This document shows positions 31,995 through 45,980 of a stretch of 64,000 nucleotides of DNA, in pieces; positions within the stretch are counted from its first letter, which is position 1, and the number at the start of each line of letters is the position of its first letter. Source of the DNA: the human T2T-CHM13v2.0 reference genome, Homo sapiens. Both the position numbers and the translations under genes were made by a program. The notes under the pieces were generated by a model, which had not been told where the DNA came from, ran no database searches, and worked only from the letters and a program-made list of their open reading frames with translations. Where the stretch lies: NCBI RefSeq assembly GCF_009914755.1, contig NC_060940.1, one strand, 5' to 3'.

Positions 31995-33005
31995 CATACT
32001 CACATGCGCTCACACACACACACTCTCACACCCTCACATGCATCCTCACACCCACACCCATACTAAGTTATTCAGACACACTCATGGGCACTCACACACC
32101 CACCCTCACACAGGTGCACTCACACCGTCGCAATCACTAACACACACACAATCCCAGTCACACGTATGCACACACAACCTAAGATGCAATCTGACACACA
32201 CTCCTATGCACTCTCACATACACTTACCCCTCCCACTGCATACAAAAACTCACATATGCACTCACACTCAACACTAGTCACAACCGATTCCTCACCCACT
32301 CACACCTTTACCCACTTTCTCACTTTACACTCACACCTACACCCACTTTCTCACTTTACACTCACACCTACACTGTTACCTCCCACTGACACAAGCAAAA
32401 TGCTCACATTCGCTCACACGCCTTCACAATAACGTCACTCGTGCTCCCACTGATTCAAGGCACTCATACACATTTACACAAATGCTCACAATCGCACACT
32501 TACACTTGTGCTGCCACCCATACTTCCTCACACTCATCAAGCCTCACTGACTTACACTTCATCTCATTGGCACACCCAGTAATCCCCTCACACTCACACT
32601 CATGCCTCCCTCGTGCTCACCCTCACACACACACTGGCTCAATGCACTGACGCTTTCACTCCCACTTCACCTGACTGTAGTCACCTGCCCACTCACATGC
32701 TGTCACGGACATACACACCACTCACATAAATGCATGCATACATACACCCACACAACCACATGCTACAAACACACTGTCACACTTGCAACACAAACGCTCA
32801 GCCACTTGCCCATCAACCGCTAACACACTCTCACCAATATGTGCAGATGCTCCAGCACACCACTAATACATGCATGTTCTCACACACACTGGAGCACACC
32901 CACATACCCACCCACACTCACATGTGCTCACTCTCAGTCGCATGCACACTCACCCCACTCCCTCAGCTCACATTTCTCATACTTACTCTCCACACACACA
33001 AACAC
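31995..33005. repeat. About 1-kb degenerate (CA)-rich low-complexity tract
   Basis: Continuous cacaca/cactca variants; source of the His/Thr-rich spurious ORFs. Confidence 0.9.
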
Positions 33006-33007
33006 TT

Positions 33008-33813
33008 TATGGATTAAACTGTGCCTGTCCCCCAACTTCACATACATTCGGAACTCAGAATATGATCTTATTTAATGAGGTCTCTGTAGACGTCCTTAAG
33101 GTAAGAATTTAGGTGACATCATGTTGGATTAGAGTCAAAGAAGCTCAATGAAAGAGTCCTTTCAGAGACAGAAAAAGACATGCAGAACACAGGGGCAGGG
33201 GCCATGTGAAGATGCAGGCCTCTGAGACTGGCACAATGCGTCCCCACACCAGGGAAGCCTGGAGCTCCCAGAAGCTGGATAAGGTAAGGAAGGACCTTCC
33301 CCTAGAGCCTGTGGAGGGAGCATGGCCCTGCCCGCACCTGGATTTGGGACTTCTGGTCTCCAGAACTCTGAGAGAACAAATTTGTTGTTTGAAGCCAGTG
33401 TTATGGGTTGAATTCAGAATTGCAAAATTTGTATGTTGAAGCCCTAACCCCTACCATACCTCGGCAGGTGACCTTGTTTGGAAATAGGGCCGCTGCAGAT
33501 GTAATCAGTTTGATGAGGTTGAATGATGTCCTTATGAAAAGGGGAGATTTGGAGGTGACTCACACACAGGGAGAATGCCATGTGAAGATGATGGCAGAGA
33601 TCAGGGTGACCCCTCTACAAGCCGAGGAACGCTAAAGAGGCCAGCAAACTCCAGAAGCTGGGGCAGAGCCCTGAAGCAGCTTCTCCCTCACAGCCCCAGA
33701 AGGAACCACCCTTGATCTCAGTCTTCCAACCACCAGAATCATGAGAATTTCTACTGCGTAAGCCCCCAAGTTTGTAGTACTTTGTTACAGCAGCCACAGG
33801 AAATGAATCCACA
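33008..33813 (+). mobile_element. Two head-to-tail MLT1 (MaLR) LTRs (33008-33397, 33398-33813)
   Basis: Each has ttatgg..tgaa/taaa at the start, ccatgtgaagatg, ccagaagctgg; the second ends tttgttacagcagccacaggaaatgaat. Confidence 0.8.
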
Positions 33814-33905
33814 CACATCCACACCCACCCACATGCACACCCGGACACGACAAGCGTGCGGCCCCCAGCGCTGACTCCCTGGGCCCTCAATCTCTCATTC
33901 CATGC

Positions 33906-34088
33906 GTGTCTTGTCCGTCGTTCCGCTTTCCACTAATATTTGCAGCAGTCCGCATAAAGTCTTGGTGGCTTCGCTCTGCATGATCTCAGCATGAACTCTG
34001 GCAGGCAGACAAAGAGTCTGCAGTAAGTTAATAGTGCTGGTAAACATCATTGTAGTGGGGTGAATGTTCCTTTCAGTTTGTTCAGCTT
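33906..34088 (-). pseudogene. HERC2P exon 38 (GC donor)
   Basis: EAEQTERNIHPTTMMFTSTINLLQTLCLPARVHAEIMQSEATKTLCGLLQILVESGTTDKT; 3' boundary ACAC|gcatgg. Confidence 0.9.
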
Positions 34089-34795
34089 CTAAAAAAAATA
34101 ATCAAAATAACAAATTATATTGGCAGCCCCAGCCTCTTGGATGGTCTTACCAAGCCCAGCCATGTGAAGCTTCGCATGTCTTTTAGGAACAGCTAAGAAA
34201 TGTCATGAAACCTCCTCCCACAACCTGGATCTCCACAGATAGGATCTAGCTTTCTTGGTCCACCCCTAAATTCTCACCTCTGCTTCCCTAGAAGCAATAA
34301 AGTGCTGACTAACTCCACATTACTTGAAGAGTTCAGAGTCAGGGACCGCAGAGGAAAGGTAAAGACAGGTGGCAGGTTGGGTGTGCTCAGGCGGGGGCTC
34401 TCACTGGAGGAGGAGGCAATGGACCGAGACCGCAGGGCAATTCCACCAGGCCTCGGCTCACTCGCTCAGATGCAGGCTCAGCACCAACCACATGAGACTC
34501 ACTGGTGGTGCAGCTGCCCCGACCTGGCCACCACATTCTCAAAGAGGGGCAGGTGCACACGTGAGAGGAAAATGCAGAAAGTCAGTTCCAGACAGATCGC
34601 CGGATCCCACAGCCACTCCATGCACCTGCATCGGAGGTGCCTGGGAGCTTATTTAAATGGCAGGTTCCGAGGACAGAGTGCCAGCTGCAGGTGCGTCCTG
34701 ACATCCCATTCTAAGGCCCAGATGGCAGTGGTGGCAGCCAGCACCTGGACAGTTTGTGGGCTGTCTTGGACTAAAGGCCTTCCTGAGTCACCCAC

Positions 34796-34988
34796 CAGAG
34801 TCGTCCTCTGTGTCCAAATCCTCTGCTGAGGGCTGTGCAGCGGCCGGCAGCTCTGCCAGCTTGAGGTCGTATTTTCCTTCTTTCCCCATCCTGTAGGAGT
34901 TGGTGCTGCCCGTGCCCCACTGGACTCTTATCCACCCGTCCTCTCCCAGCTCACCAATCACTTGGCCTAGGCCTGGAGGAGGCCCATC
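34796..34988 (-). pseudogene. HERC2P exon 37 (rest of MIB/HERC2 domain)
   Basis: [64 protein letters not shown]; open frame. Confidence 0.92.
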
Positions 34989-35009
34989 CTGACAAAGCCC
35001 AAGTAGAGA

Positions 35010-35226
35010 TCAGTTAGGAGGGTGCGTGCCTTGCCCTGGTCCTTCCATGGCTCCCAGCAGACCTCAGTTAGGCGGGTGCGTGCCCTGCCCTGGTCCTTCC
35101 ATGGCTCCCAGCAGACCTCAGTTAGGAGGGTGCGTGCCCTGCCCTGGTCCTTCCATGGCTCCCACCAGACCTCAGTTAGGAGGGTGCGTGCTCTGTCCTG
35201 GTCCTTCCATGGCTCACACCAGACCT
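35010..35226. repeat. 54-bp VNTR, 4 copies, next to the exon 37 acceptor
   Basis: cagttagg recurs at 35011, 35065, 35119 and 35173; 18-aa repeats in the ORF track. Confidence 0.95.
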
Positions 35227-36212
35227 GCCACACAGATGTCGCCATATGCCACCCTGTCTGTCAGGGGCTGTCCCCAGACACAGATTTCACCTCTCCTACA
35301 AAATGTGTGCTTGCATCATTTTAAATTAAATGGCATAAAATAACGTGCTCATGCTGCTTTACCAAGGAAGTAGGGGAAATCTCATCTCAATGAGGATCCT
35401 CTGAGTTAATGCACAGACAGGGCTTTGCAGCAAGTCCTGACCCCTCAATCCCTCACCGGCCTTGCAAGAGCAGAAACCTGAAACAAGTACCAGCACCTGC
35501 ACATTCCCTTTTCTTCAGTTTCCTCCGGGCCCCAGGGGGAAGCTCTGTCTCTCACTTCTGTAGGAGAAAGCTGTTTCTAGGATGGATGCTGCTGTCTCCA
35601 GACACTGCTATTTCTAAGATGACTGTGACAAAGCCGGGGCTTACTAGCGTGGCTGAGAAAAGCTAGACAGACCATGGGAAGGTGAACGCTGCCCTAACTT
35701 AGCTAGGGCTGTGGTAAGTGACTTCCACCTGGGGGCACCTGGCAGCGATTTAGAAGACACCTGCGATGAGGGAAAATGGAGACATGGCCACAGGCCCATG
35801 AAGTATATCCCTAACTACTGGGTTCAGGGCACTTCGCAGCACGTGGCCATCAGCTCACAGGGGCAGAATCTGGGCTTCCTGCCTCAGAGCCTTCACTACA
35901 CCAACTTTCAGAATGAGATTTACTCTCTTGCTCACTCTCACTCTTGTTCCAGTGACCCATCAAACTGAGCCTCATGCCAGTGAGTTTCCTGAAAAGAGCT
36001 GCCTCTCTTTCCAGACTTGATTCTGCTCAGATGCCCTACTTATGATTCCCTATTTGTGTTCACTCCCTTCAGCAGCTCGGGAACCAACACCTGTGTCATC
36101 TATCAACCGACACATCCTGGATTATTCCAATTTCCACCCACCAATATCGTACAGACCTGTGCAGAAGATAACTAATGTGTGGCTAATGTGTTCACATCAA
36201 ATCTCTGAGTAC

Positions 36213-36400
36213 CTGATCGCCCCATTTCCAGTCCACACCTCTCATGACCCTCGTTCCAATCTTCATCGTGGCAGCCAGTTCTGGCCCTGAAACAGGGAGA
36301 TGCACAGGAGCCGTTTCCTTCCTTGTTGCTTCCAAAACTGTGGCAGAAGCACCTTGAGCAGAAGCATTCATATCTTCCTCAACATTGTCACAACTGGGGC
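36213..36400 (-). pseudogene. HERC2P exon 36 (start of MIB/HERC2 domain)
   Basis: [62 protein letters not shown]; open frame. Confidence 0.92.
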
Positions 36401-36790
36401 CTGACAGAGCATCAAAAACAATAGCTGAGCCAACAAGTAGCTACAATGTCCCTTTAATACACACAAAACATTTAAAAAATACTAATGAAGATCATAATGT
36501 TTTGAAGAATCCATACTATATGTTTATCAATATAATACTATGAATATTTTACTGATATACGATAAAAAGAAGATAAACGGAAGGACAAAATACATAAATA
36601 TCCTAGGAAGATATAAAAGATATTAAAATGCTCAGTAAAGCTACTTTCTCTACTTCTAGGAATTACTCCCCTGTAAAAAGCAAAATAACTGAGTTAGAAA
36701 GATAATCATCACATTTTTTATTAATAGAAAAACAAAGATAACTACCTAAATATCTAACAGTGGGAAACTGACAAACTTTAATCATGGTTC

Positions 36791-37830
36791 TGTGCAGAAG
36801 ACAGCTAACAGCTGGCCCGAGATACAACCTCAGACAGGATTGCTGCAGGCTAGCCCTCGGCTGGAGTCTGGATTTCAGGAGGGCTCCCCAATTCCCTAGG
36901 TGGTAGTTGTGGTTCGCTGTGCCTGAATTGACTGTACAAACAACATGGTCTGTGCTGAAACCTGCTTTCCTTGTTCTGGAACTTGGTATGCACCAGGCAC
37001 GGGGTGCCCATGTGGTCAGCCCTGATGGAAACCCTGGGCCTGGAGTCTCTACCCAGCTTCCCGGCAGACAGCACTTGACATGGCTCGGTGCCGGGGCAGT
37101 TATGCTCGTCCTGTGTGGATCCTGTGGAAGCTTGTACCTGCTTTCCTCTGGACTTTACACACGTCCTTTTTCATGATTTTGCTCTGTGTCCCTTCACTGT
37201 AATAAACTATAGCCCTGAGTACAACTACATGCTGAGTCTTGTGAGTCCTCCTGGCCAACCATCAAACCTGGAGACCCCTGACAATTGGTGCCCTGGGTGG
37301 CTACAGAGTCATCCATAGCATGAAACAGAAGCTGAGCTGCTGTCACCTGAGAGAAGTAAAACTTACCAATGGATTTGAAAATAGGAGAGCTAACCCTAGG
37401 AGAGTAGGCTAGATTTTTAACCCCCCTTTTCTCACTTGCTAAACTGAGAGCGGGTAGGAGTGCGGTTCTGGTAACTCCCTTGATTTTAGTTTTCTCCTCC
37501 AGGTGGGAGGGAAAAAGATCCAAACGGTCCCAAAGGTGGGCTTGGGGGAGCCAAAAAATGTAAAAAGTTTGTGTTTCTCTCTCTTCCAAGAGAACAAAAA
37601 AGGATATTCAATCCCCAGGGCTGGAGCAAAACTTTAGATAAACTAGCGGGGGAAACAGCCTTTCCTTTAGCCTAGCCGCTACTTTAGGGCTCCCAGGAAG
37701 GGGCCCCAAGGAAGGGACAGGAGTTGCATTCCAGGTGGATCTCCCAGGATCCCCTGGGCAGCTATACTGTTAACTCTGTAAAGACTGAATTTATTGCTAA
37801 GGGCTTGAATAAATTTGCAACCAAAACTGG
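36791..37830 (+). mobile_element. MER21A-like LTR (36791-37283) plus start of ERV internal sequence
   Basis: TGTGCAGAAG... start; aataaac...tgtgagtcctcctgg...cccctgaCA end; then a PBS-like tggtgcc. Internal extent approximate. Confidence 0.65.
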
Positions 37831-38234
37831 GGGAAATTTTTTATTTTACATAGCTTTATGTTTTGTGGCTGTTACATGTGGATGTACACATTAAGCTGGT
37901 ATAAAATATTATATGCTTATAATTTCTTAAATGATAAGAAGGATACCCTGATCAGGGCAAGCTGCAAATATAGACGGATATTCATGAGACACAACTTCCT
38001 TGCTTTTTGCAGCCAGTGGGCCAGATGAAATTTAAACACATGAATACTATCAACAGAACAAGTCCCCATACTTAATGATTTGTGCTGTGATTTTTACTTA
38101 TTGGAACCTCTGGGGAAAAAGCAGACAACATAAAAAGGCCATTTCTCGATGGAGATATGCTTCTGTAATTTTTAAATGTAACTTTTGGTTGCTAATGAGG
38201 CCTCAAGAAATCAGATATAACTCTTACTAGATGA

Positions 38235-38678
<444 letters not shown>

Positions 38679-39271
38679 TGAATGGATTAATTTGAACTCT
38701 AAGACTGATGTGATTAAAAGAGCTTGGGAAAACCTTGCTTTTTCACTGTGACTTTGACAACGGGCCCTGCAGCATCTCAGTTTTAGCCAAAGAACACCAC
38801 CATAAACCAATCAGATCTAATAGACATATACAGAACATTTCACCAAAAAGAGCAGAATAAACATTATTCTCAAGTATACCACAGAACACTCTCTTAGACT
38901 GACCAGACCATATGTTAGGCCACAAAGTCTCAAATTTAAACAGACTAAAATCATACAAATTACCTTCTCCAACCAAAATGAAATGATGAGAAATTAATAA
39001 CAAAAGGAAAAGTGGAAAATTCACAAGTATATGAAAATTAAACAACACACGGTAAACAATCAGTGGGTCAAAGAAGAAATCACAAGGGAGATTAGAAAAT
39101 ACTATGAGATGAATGAAAACACAACATACCAAAACTTCTGTGCTGCGCCAAAAGCAGGGCTAAGACGGGCAATTATACTATAGAAGTCTGCATTCACAGA
39201 AGATGATCTCAAATCAATAACTCTACATCTGGAAGAACTAAAAAAATAAGAACACAATAAAAACCAAAGTT

Positions 39272-39460
39272 AGGCCAGGTGTGGTGCCTCACACCTGTAA
39301 TCCCAGCACTTTGGGAGGTTGAGGCAGTTGGATAACTTGAGCCAAGGAGGTTGAGGCTGCAGTGAGCCATGACTGCGCCACTGTACTTCGGCCTGAGGGA
39401 CAAAGTAAGACCCTGTCTCAAAACAAAGACAAAAAAAAAAAACAAAAACAAAAAAATACA
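39272..39460 (+). mobile_element. Internally deleted Alu
   Basis: Left-arm start joined directly to right-arm end plus A-rich tail. Confidence 0.82.
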
Positions 39461-39600
39461 AAGCAGAAGGAAGGAAACGACAGAGATTAGAGCAGCCATA
39501 AATTAAATAGGGAATGGAAAAATAATCTACAAAACCAAAAGTTTGGTTTCTGGCAAGAACAAAAAATCTGATAAACTTTCCGCAAATTAAGAAAAAAAGA

Positions 39601-40130
<530 letters not shown>

Positions 40131-40144
40131 TTAAAAATCTTTCA

Positions 40145-40487
<343 letters not shown>

Positions 40488-41489
40488 TTAAAGCAGAATT
40501 GACACCAATCCTCAAACTCTTCTAAAAATAGAATATATGGGAACACTACCTAGTTCATTCTATGAGGCCATTATTACCCTGATAACTGTAAAACAATAAA
40601 ATATTGCTGAAAGAAATTAAAGAGGACGGAAATAAATGGAAAGACATTCCACATTCAGAGAATGGATGTTAACATTGTTAAGATGGCACTATTCCCCAGA
40701 ACAATCTACAGATTCAATCCCTAGCAAAAATCCCAATGGTCTTTTTTGCAGATATGGAAAAGCCAGCCTTGAAGTTCATATGAAAATTCAACGGAACCAA
40801 AGCAGCCAAAATAATCTTGAGAAAGAAGACACACTTCTCAATTTTAAAACAGTACAAAACTACAATGTTCAAAACAGTGTGGTACCTGCATAATTATCAA
40901 CATATAGAATGTAATAATGTAATTGAGAGTCCAGAAATAAACCTAAATATCTACAGCCAACTGATCTTTGCCAAGGGTACCGAGAACTTCAGGGAAAGAA
41001 TAGTCCTCAACAAGTGGTATTGAAACAATCAGATAATCAAAAGGAAAAGGCTGGACTCTTACCACACACTGTGTAAAAGAAATTACCTAAAAATGGACCA
41101 AAGATCTAACTATAAGAGCTAAAACTATAAAACTTACGGAAGAAAACATGAGATGAGGATAATCTTCATCAGTCTTGTATTTGGAAATGGCTTTTTGGGT
41201 ATGATATCAAAAGCATAGACGACAAAAGAGAAACAGATAAACTAAACTTCATCAAAATAAAAAACTTCTCTATGAAAGGAAATACAATCCAGAGAACAGG
41301 AGAAAATACCCACAAATGATATATCTGATAAAGGTCTACAGATCTGTGAAGGTCTAGTATACATGAAATTTTTAAAGAGTCTGAGGACTGGTGTTAATTC
41401 TTCTTTAAATGTTTGGTACACTTACATAGTGCATTTACCGGTACAACAACAAGATGACGACAAATAACCCTATTTAAAAAGGAGAAAGG

Positions 41490-41879
<390 letters not shown>

Positions 41880-42692
41880 TCATCATTAGTGAAATGCAAA
41901 TCAAAATCACAATGAGATAGCACTTCACACCCACTAGGATGGCCTTAATCCAAAAAAAAAAAGAAAACCACAAAAAATAGTGTTGGCAGGGAAGTAGAGA
42001 AACTTGGACCCTGGAATCCTGCCCCCTGGTGGTGGGAATGTAAAAATGATATGGCACTGTGGAAAAGTTTGGTAGTCTCTTAGTAAGTTACACATAGTTG
42101 TACCATATGACCCTGTAATTCCAGTCCTAGGTGTATAATCAAAAGAACTAGAAACAAGTGTTCAAACAAGTATTTGTATATAAATGTTGCTAGCAACACT
42201 ATTCACAAAAGTCAAAAGGCAAAACCAACCCAAATGTCCATCAACAGATAAATGAATAAACAAAATGTTATATATTCATACAATGGAAATCTTTTTCAGC
42301 CATAAAAATAAAGTACTGATATATACCAAATGAAATAACCCAGACACAAAGGCCACAAATGGTATGATTCCATTTATATGAAATATCCAGGATATGCAAA
42401 TCCATAGACAGAGAAAGCAGATTTGTGACTACCAGGGGCTGGAGAGCAGGTGAGTCAGGACTGATGGCTAAATGGGGTGCATTTATAGTGATGAAAAAGT
42501 TCTACAACCAGACAGTGGTGATGACTCTAGAAAATTGTGAATGTATTTAATACTGCTGAATTGCGACGTTAAAATGCTACACTTTCTGCTATTTGTGTCT
42601 TACCATAATTTACAAAAAGCTTAAAAAAAAAAAAGAAATCAAAGCAAAATCTTGACGTTTTCCCAAAGGCTCTCAAGCCAGTGCAGACCTAC

Positions 42693-42884
42693 CAATCAGG
42701 CGCAGTGCCGTCTGAGTGAGGGCCAGCGTGCCGGAATTGAGCAGGAGGTCGAGGTTGTTTGCGCTGTGCTGCAGGGTGAGCATGCTGAGCATCATCAGGA
42801 GGAAGCGGGCTTGCGGGATGCTCCCCAGGCTCGGTCCCAATGGGTTCTCACTGGTGATGGTCTGCAGGGGAACCGGCTGGATAC
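42693..42884 (-). pseudogene. HERC2P exon 35
   Basis: GIQPVPLQTITSENPLGPSLGSIPQARFLLMMLSMLTLQHSANNLDLLLNSGTLALTQTALRLI; open frame. Confidence 0.92.
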
Positions 42885-43069
42885 CTAATAAGCATTGACA
42901 CCCACTTACATTTCTTGTGATGGATACAAGAATAAACATAACGCAGAAAGCACGGGCTATTACTTTAAACATCTGACTAATAAGCATTGACACCCACTGA
43001 CATTTCTTGTGCGTGGATACAAGAATAAAAGTAACACAGAAAGCACGGGCAATTACTCTAAACATCTGA
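42885..43069. repeat. 92-bp tandem duplication of the exon 35 acceptor region
   Basis: ctaataagcattgacacccact...aaacatctga at 42885 and 42977. Confidence 0.93.
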
Positions 43070-43586
43070 CTATTTTTCAGTGGTTTCCACAGAGTGGGCA
43101 GCTCTGTCATGCTGCATGATGGGCCTAACCCCTGTATTCTATGCACAGGTCGTTCCATCTGTCTACAGGACTTAGCATGTTGCTCTCTGAATACACTGGT
43201 GCCCTATTCCATTCCTTCCATTTCAAATATAAAAGTTATGTCTCACTTTTCCTCCACAAAACCAATCCAATCAACTCTCTGTAGATGCTCAGACTATCCA
43301 GGAAATAAATATTAATATAAGACACAGACACTTAGGATATGTGGTGATACACATATAAATGTCAAAATGTAAAAATGTTATACTAGAGTACTTCAACATT
43401 GTATCTCCTGCTAAATTTTAAAGTTTTGTTTAAAATCTGAGAAAGCTGACAGCAGCATAGATTATACAAGTACAAAGTACAAACTTATTACAGTCTTCTC
43501 AAAAGCAAAAATTGGCATTTGCAAGTTTCCACAACACATAATTAAAGGCAAACTATAAAATAACATTGATGCAATTGTTGACTCAC

Positions 43587-43738
43587 CAAGCTCTTTAAAT
43601 TTGGCACTGGCATCCATCAGAACATTTAGAATGTTCTGAACAGTCCAAGCATACAGCTTGCCAAAGGTGACTTCCAGCAGCATCCGATTAAAAGGTGGGA
43701 TCAAATCAACATCCTTTAAACAATCAGTAAGAGGTTCC
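43587..43738 (-). pseudogene. HERC2P exon 34
   Basis: EPLTDCLKDVDLIPPFNRMLLEVTFGKLYAWTVQNILNVLMDASAKFKEL; open frame; AG/GT boundaries. Confidence 0.92.
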
Positions 43739-43855
43739 CTTTCAAATAAAGATAAAGAATTTGACTCGGGACACTGCCAGACTTCTAACTGTTACAGAAC
43801 AACATTCTGTTGCCACAGCTTCCTTAGTTAAGAAAAAAATATGCTAACGTTTTAC

Positions 43856-43998
43856 CCTATATCGATTCCTTCAGGAATAAGTCTTTGCCATCCACAAAAC
43901 ATCGCTTACTGCACAGATGGAAGTAAGAAATTCTTGCTCGCCAGATACAATTTCAAAATTGTATCTATCCCTTCCAGGCGAACCTCTGCTCTCTCGAA
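43856..43998 (-). pseudogene. HERC2P exon 33 (internal stop, then in-frame ATG)
   Basis: FERAEVRLEGIDTILKLYLASKNFLLPSVQ*AMFCGWQRLIPEGIDIG; TAA at 43908-43906, ATG at 43902-43900. Confidence 0.9.
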
Positions 43999-44077
43999 CT
44001 GCAAAATATCAATGCATATACAGTTAAGTGTTATGTATATTACCCACTGCAGAGAAGCATTTCTCATCAAATGTTAT

Positions 44078-44251
44078 CTGTTTTAGTAGGCACTATCTCA
44101 TTTTTTCCACATCCACTGGCTCTTCTTTAAGGGCAAATTCAGCAATTGTACTGAGGAGTGGAGACTGCGGATAAAGATCCTGAACATTCTGCTTCAACCA
44201 CTTGTATCTGTGAACCCCTGTAACAGTACTCAACAGTGGCTGCCATTTGTC
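44078..44251 (-). pseudogene. HERC2P exon 32 (internal stop, donor mutated to AT)
   Basis: DKWQPLLSTVTGVHRYKWLKQNVQDLYPQSPLLSTIAEFALKEEPVDVEKMR*CLLKQ; 3' boundary CAG|ataaca. Confidence 0.88.
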
Positions 44252-44784
44252 CTAACAAAGGAAAACAATTTTCATCATTAGTCTACCCTATTTAATATTA
44301 AACTGTGCTCTAAAAGTTATTCAAGTAAAATATAAATAATGCTCATAGGTTTAAATTGGTTAAAATATGTTAAATTTAGTAATTAATACATGGTTTTAAA
44401 ACTATGCTATAAATATAAGTGAACTTATCTCTATACTAATATATGTTGGAACAGGCTAGCTTGGCATACGAAGTTAAGTTGTGGTTCATATTAATAGCCA
44501 CAGGGCCCAGCACTGTTTCTGGAACAAAGAATATATTTAAGGAATGAATGGTGAATAATTAATGATACAATCTAGTACCAAAAATAAAAGGAAACCCTTC
44601 TCCAGCTACAGCTCTGACCAGGACATCATAAGTCAAGTTCATGAACCATCACTGGGGCCGTATTTCTAACAACCGCCCGTCCCTCCCTCCGGATGCTCAG
44701 GTACAGAGGTACAAGACTGTGGATTCCTTTGCTACATGCTATGATTCTATTCAGCTAACCTCAGAATCACAGAAAACACTGCAC

Positions 44785-44918
44785 CTTGGGTGATTTAATT
44801 GCAATGGGTCTCTTGTCCACATTTATTGGACTATGAGGCAAAATGCAGGCTTCTTCTAAATCACTCTCTTCGTTTCCAATTTTTTCTTCATCAGCCGTAG
44901 ATTCTGGCTTCTTAGGAA
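44785..44918 (-). pseudogene. HERC2P exon 31
   Basis: PKKPESTADEEKIGNEESDLEEACILPHSPINVDKRPIAIKSPK; AG/GT boundaries. Confidence 0.9.
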
Positions 44919-45149
44919 CTGTGTTTTAAAACATCATTCACTATAAAAAATCATACACTTAAATATTAATTTTAAATTAGGAAATACTTAGATTTACATG
45001 AAAGACAAATATTTCATTCAAATAAACATCTGAACAACATTATAAATTGCAAGGCTCAAACAACAAGAGTGAAATGATCACCATGGCAGAACAAAATGAC
45101 AAAGTGAGAGTGTGACAAGGGGAGAAGCCCCGAAGCAGGGGAAGCCCAG

Positions 45150-45305
45150 CAGCCAGCAAGCTCTTCCTCAAGTGCCAGAGAGTGAACATTTGAGTCTTTC
45201 AGGCCACGCAGTCTGTTGGAAATACTCAACTCTGCTGCTGTAGCACAAAAAGTAACCACAGATAAAGCAACAGGTGTGGCTGTGCTCCCGTAAAACTTTA
45301 TGGTG
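45150..45305 (+). mobile_element. MER58A (hAT-Charlie)
   Basis: ggccacgcagtctgttggaaatactcaactctgc...gtgtggctgtgctcccgtaaaactttat. Confidence 0.7.
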
Positions 45306-45784
45306 CTACAATTTTCTGTACTCTTACACAGCTACTTCCAGGAAAATGTCAGTAACTCTTTCAGCTTCCCTTTATAATTCTCCATGTATCAGAATACTCA
45401 ATATTTCCAAACAAAAAACATTTCTTTAGAAGAATGGCAATAAGTTTAAATGTTCCCATTATATCTCATTACCAGGATAACTAATAAAATAAAAATACGT
45501 CCTTGTTCCCATCAATTTAGCAAAGATTATTTACATTTTCAACATCAATTTACTAGTAATCAAATCATACCACACTCAATTCCTAAACTGCCTCATTGTC
45601 TGATCGGTTGAAAAAATAGGAGAGATTTCCGTATTTAATCATAACTATACATAAAAATGATGGCAGCAGGTAGAAATGTCACATGGAATCAACAGTAGAG
45701 AAACTTCACTCTGAAATCACAGGTCCAGCGAGGCAGGGTGAAGCACATGCTTTAATAGTATCTTCTGTCCTTTTACATTCTTAC

Positions 45785-45980
45785 TTCTCTTTTTCCTCCG
45801 TTCCCGAATTATCTTCTGAGCTATCCTCCTCCAACGGGGCAAAGAACTTAACAATTTAAACTCAGAGATTATAGAGAGGTCATTACCAACAGCAGGTCTC
45901 AATTCATTAGAGAGGAATCTCAAACGTTCGATGACAGGAGTGCAGACCTCCTTGTAAGAACGGCCCTGTTCTTGATGAGT
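45785..45980 (-). pseudogene. HERC2P exon 30
   Basis: THQEQGRSYKEVCTPVIERLRFLSNELRPAVGNDLSIISEFKLLSSLPRWRRIAQKIIRERRKKR. Confidence 0.92.

Noticed and set aside
31785-33112. Cluster of His/Thr-rich ORFs
   Set aside because: Artefact of the CA-rich low-complexity tract, which has few stop codons.
34302-34829. 175-aa plus-strand ORF (also 47815..48309 minus, 164 aa)
   Set aside because: GC-rich intronic sequence, no recognisable domain; consistent with chance.
34967-35343. Repeat proteins with 18-aa units; CRISPR-like periodicity
   Set aside because: 54-bp minisatellite with near-identical units and no unique spacers; eukaryotic context.
42673-43158. 161-aa ORF
   Set aside because: Exon 35 plus intronic read-through across the 92-bp duplication; only the exon part is HERC2-like.
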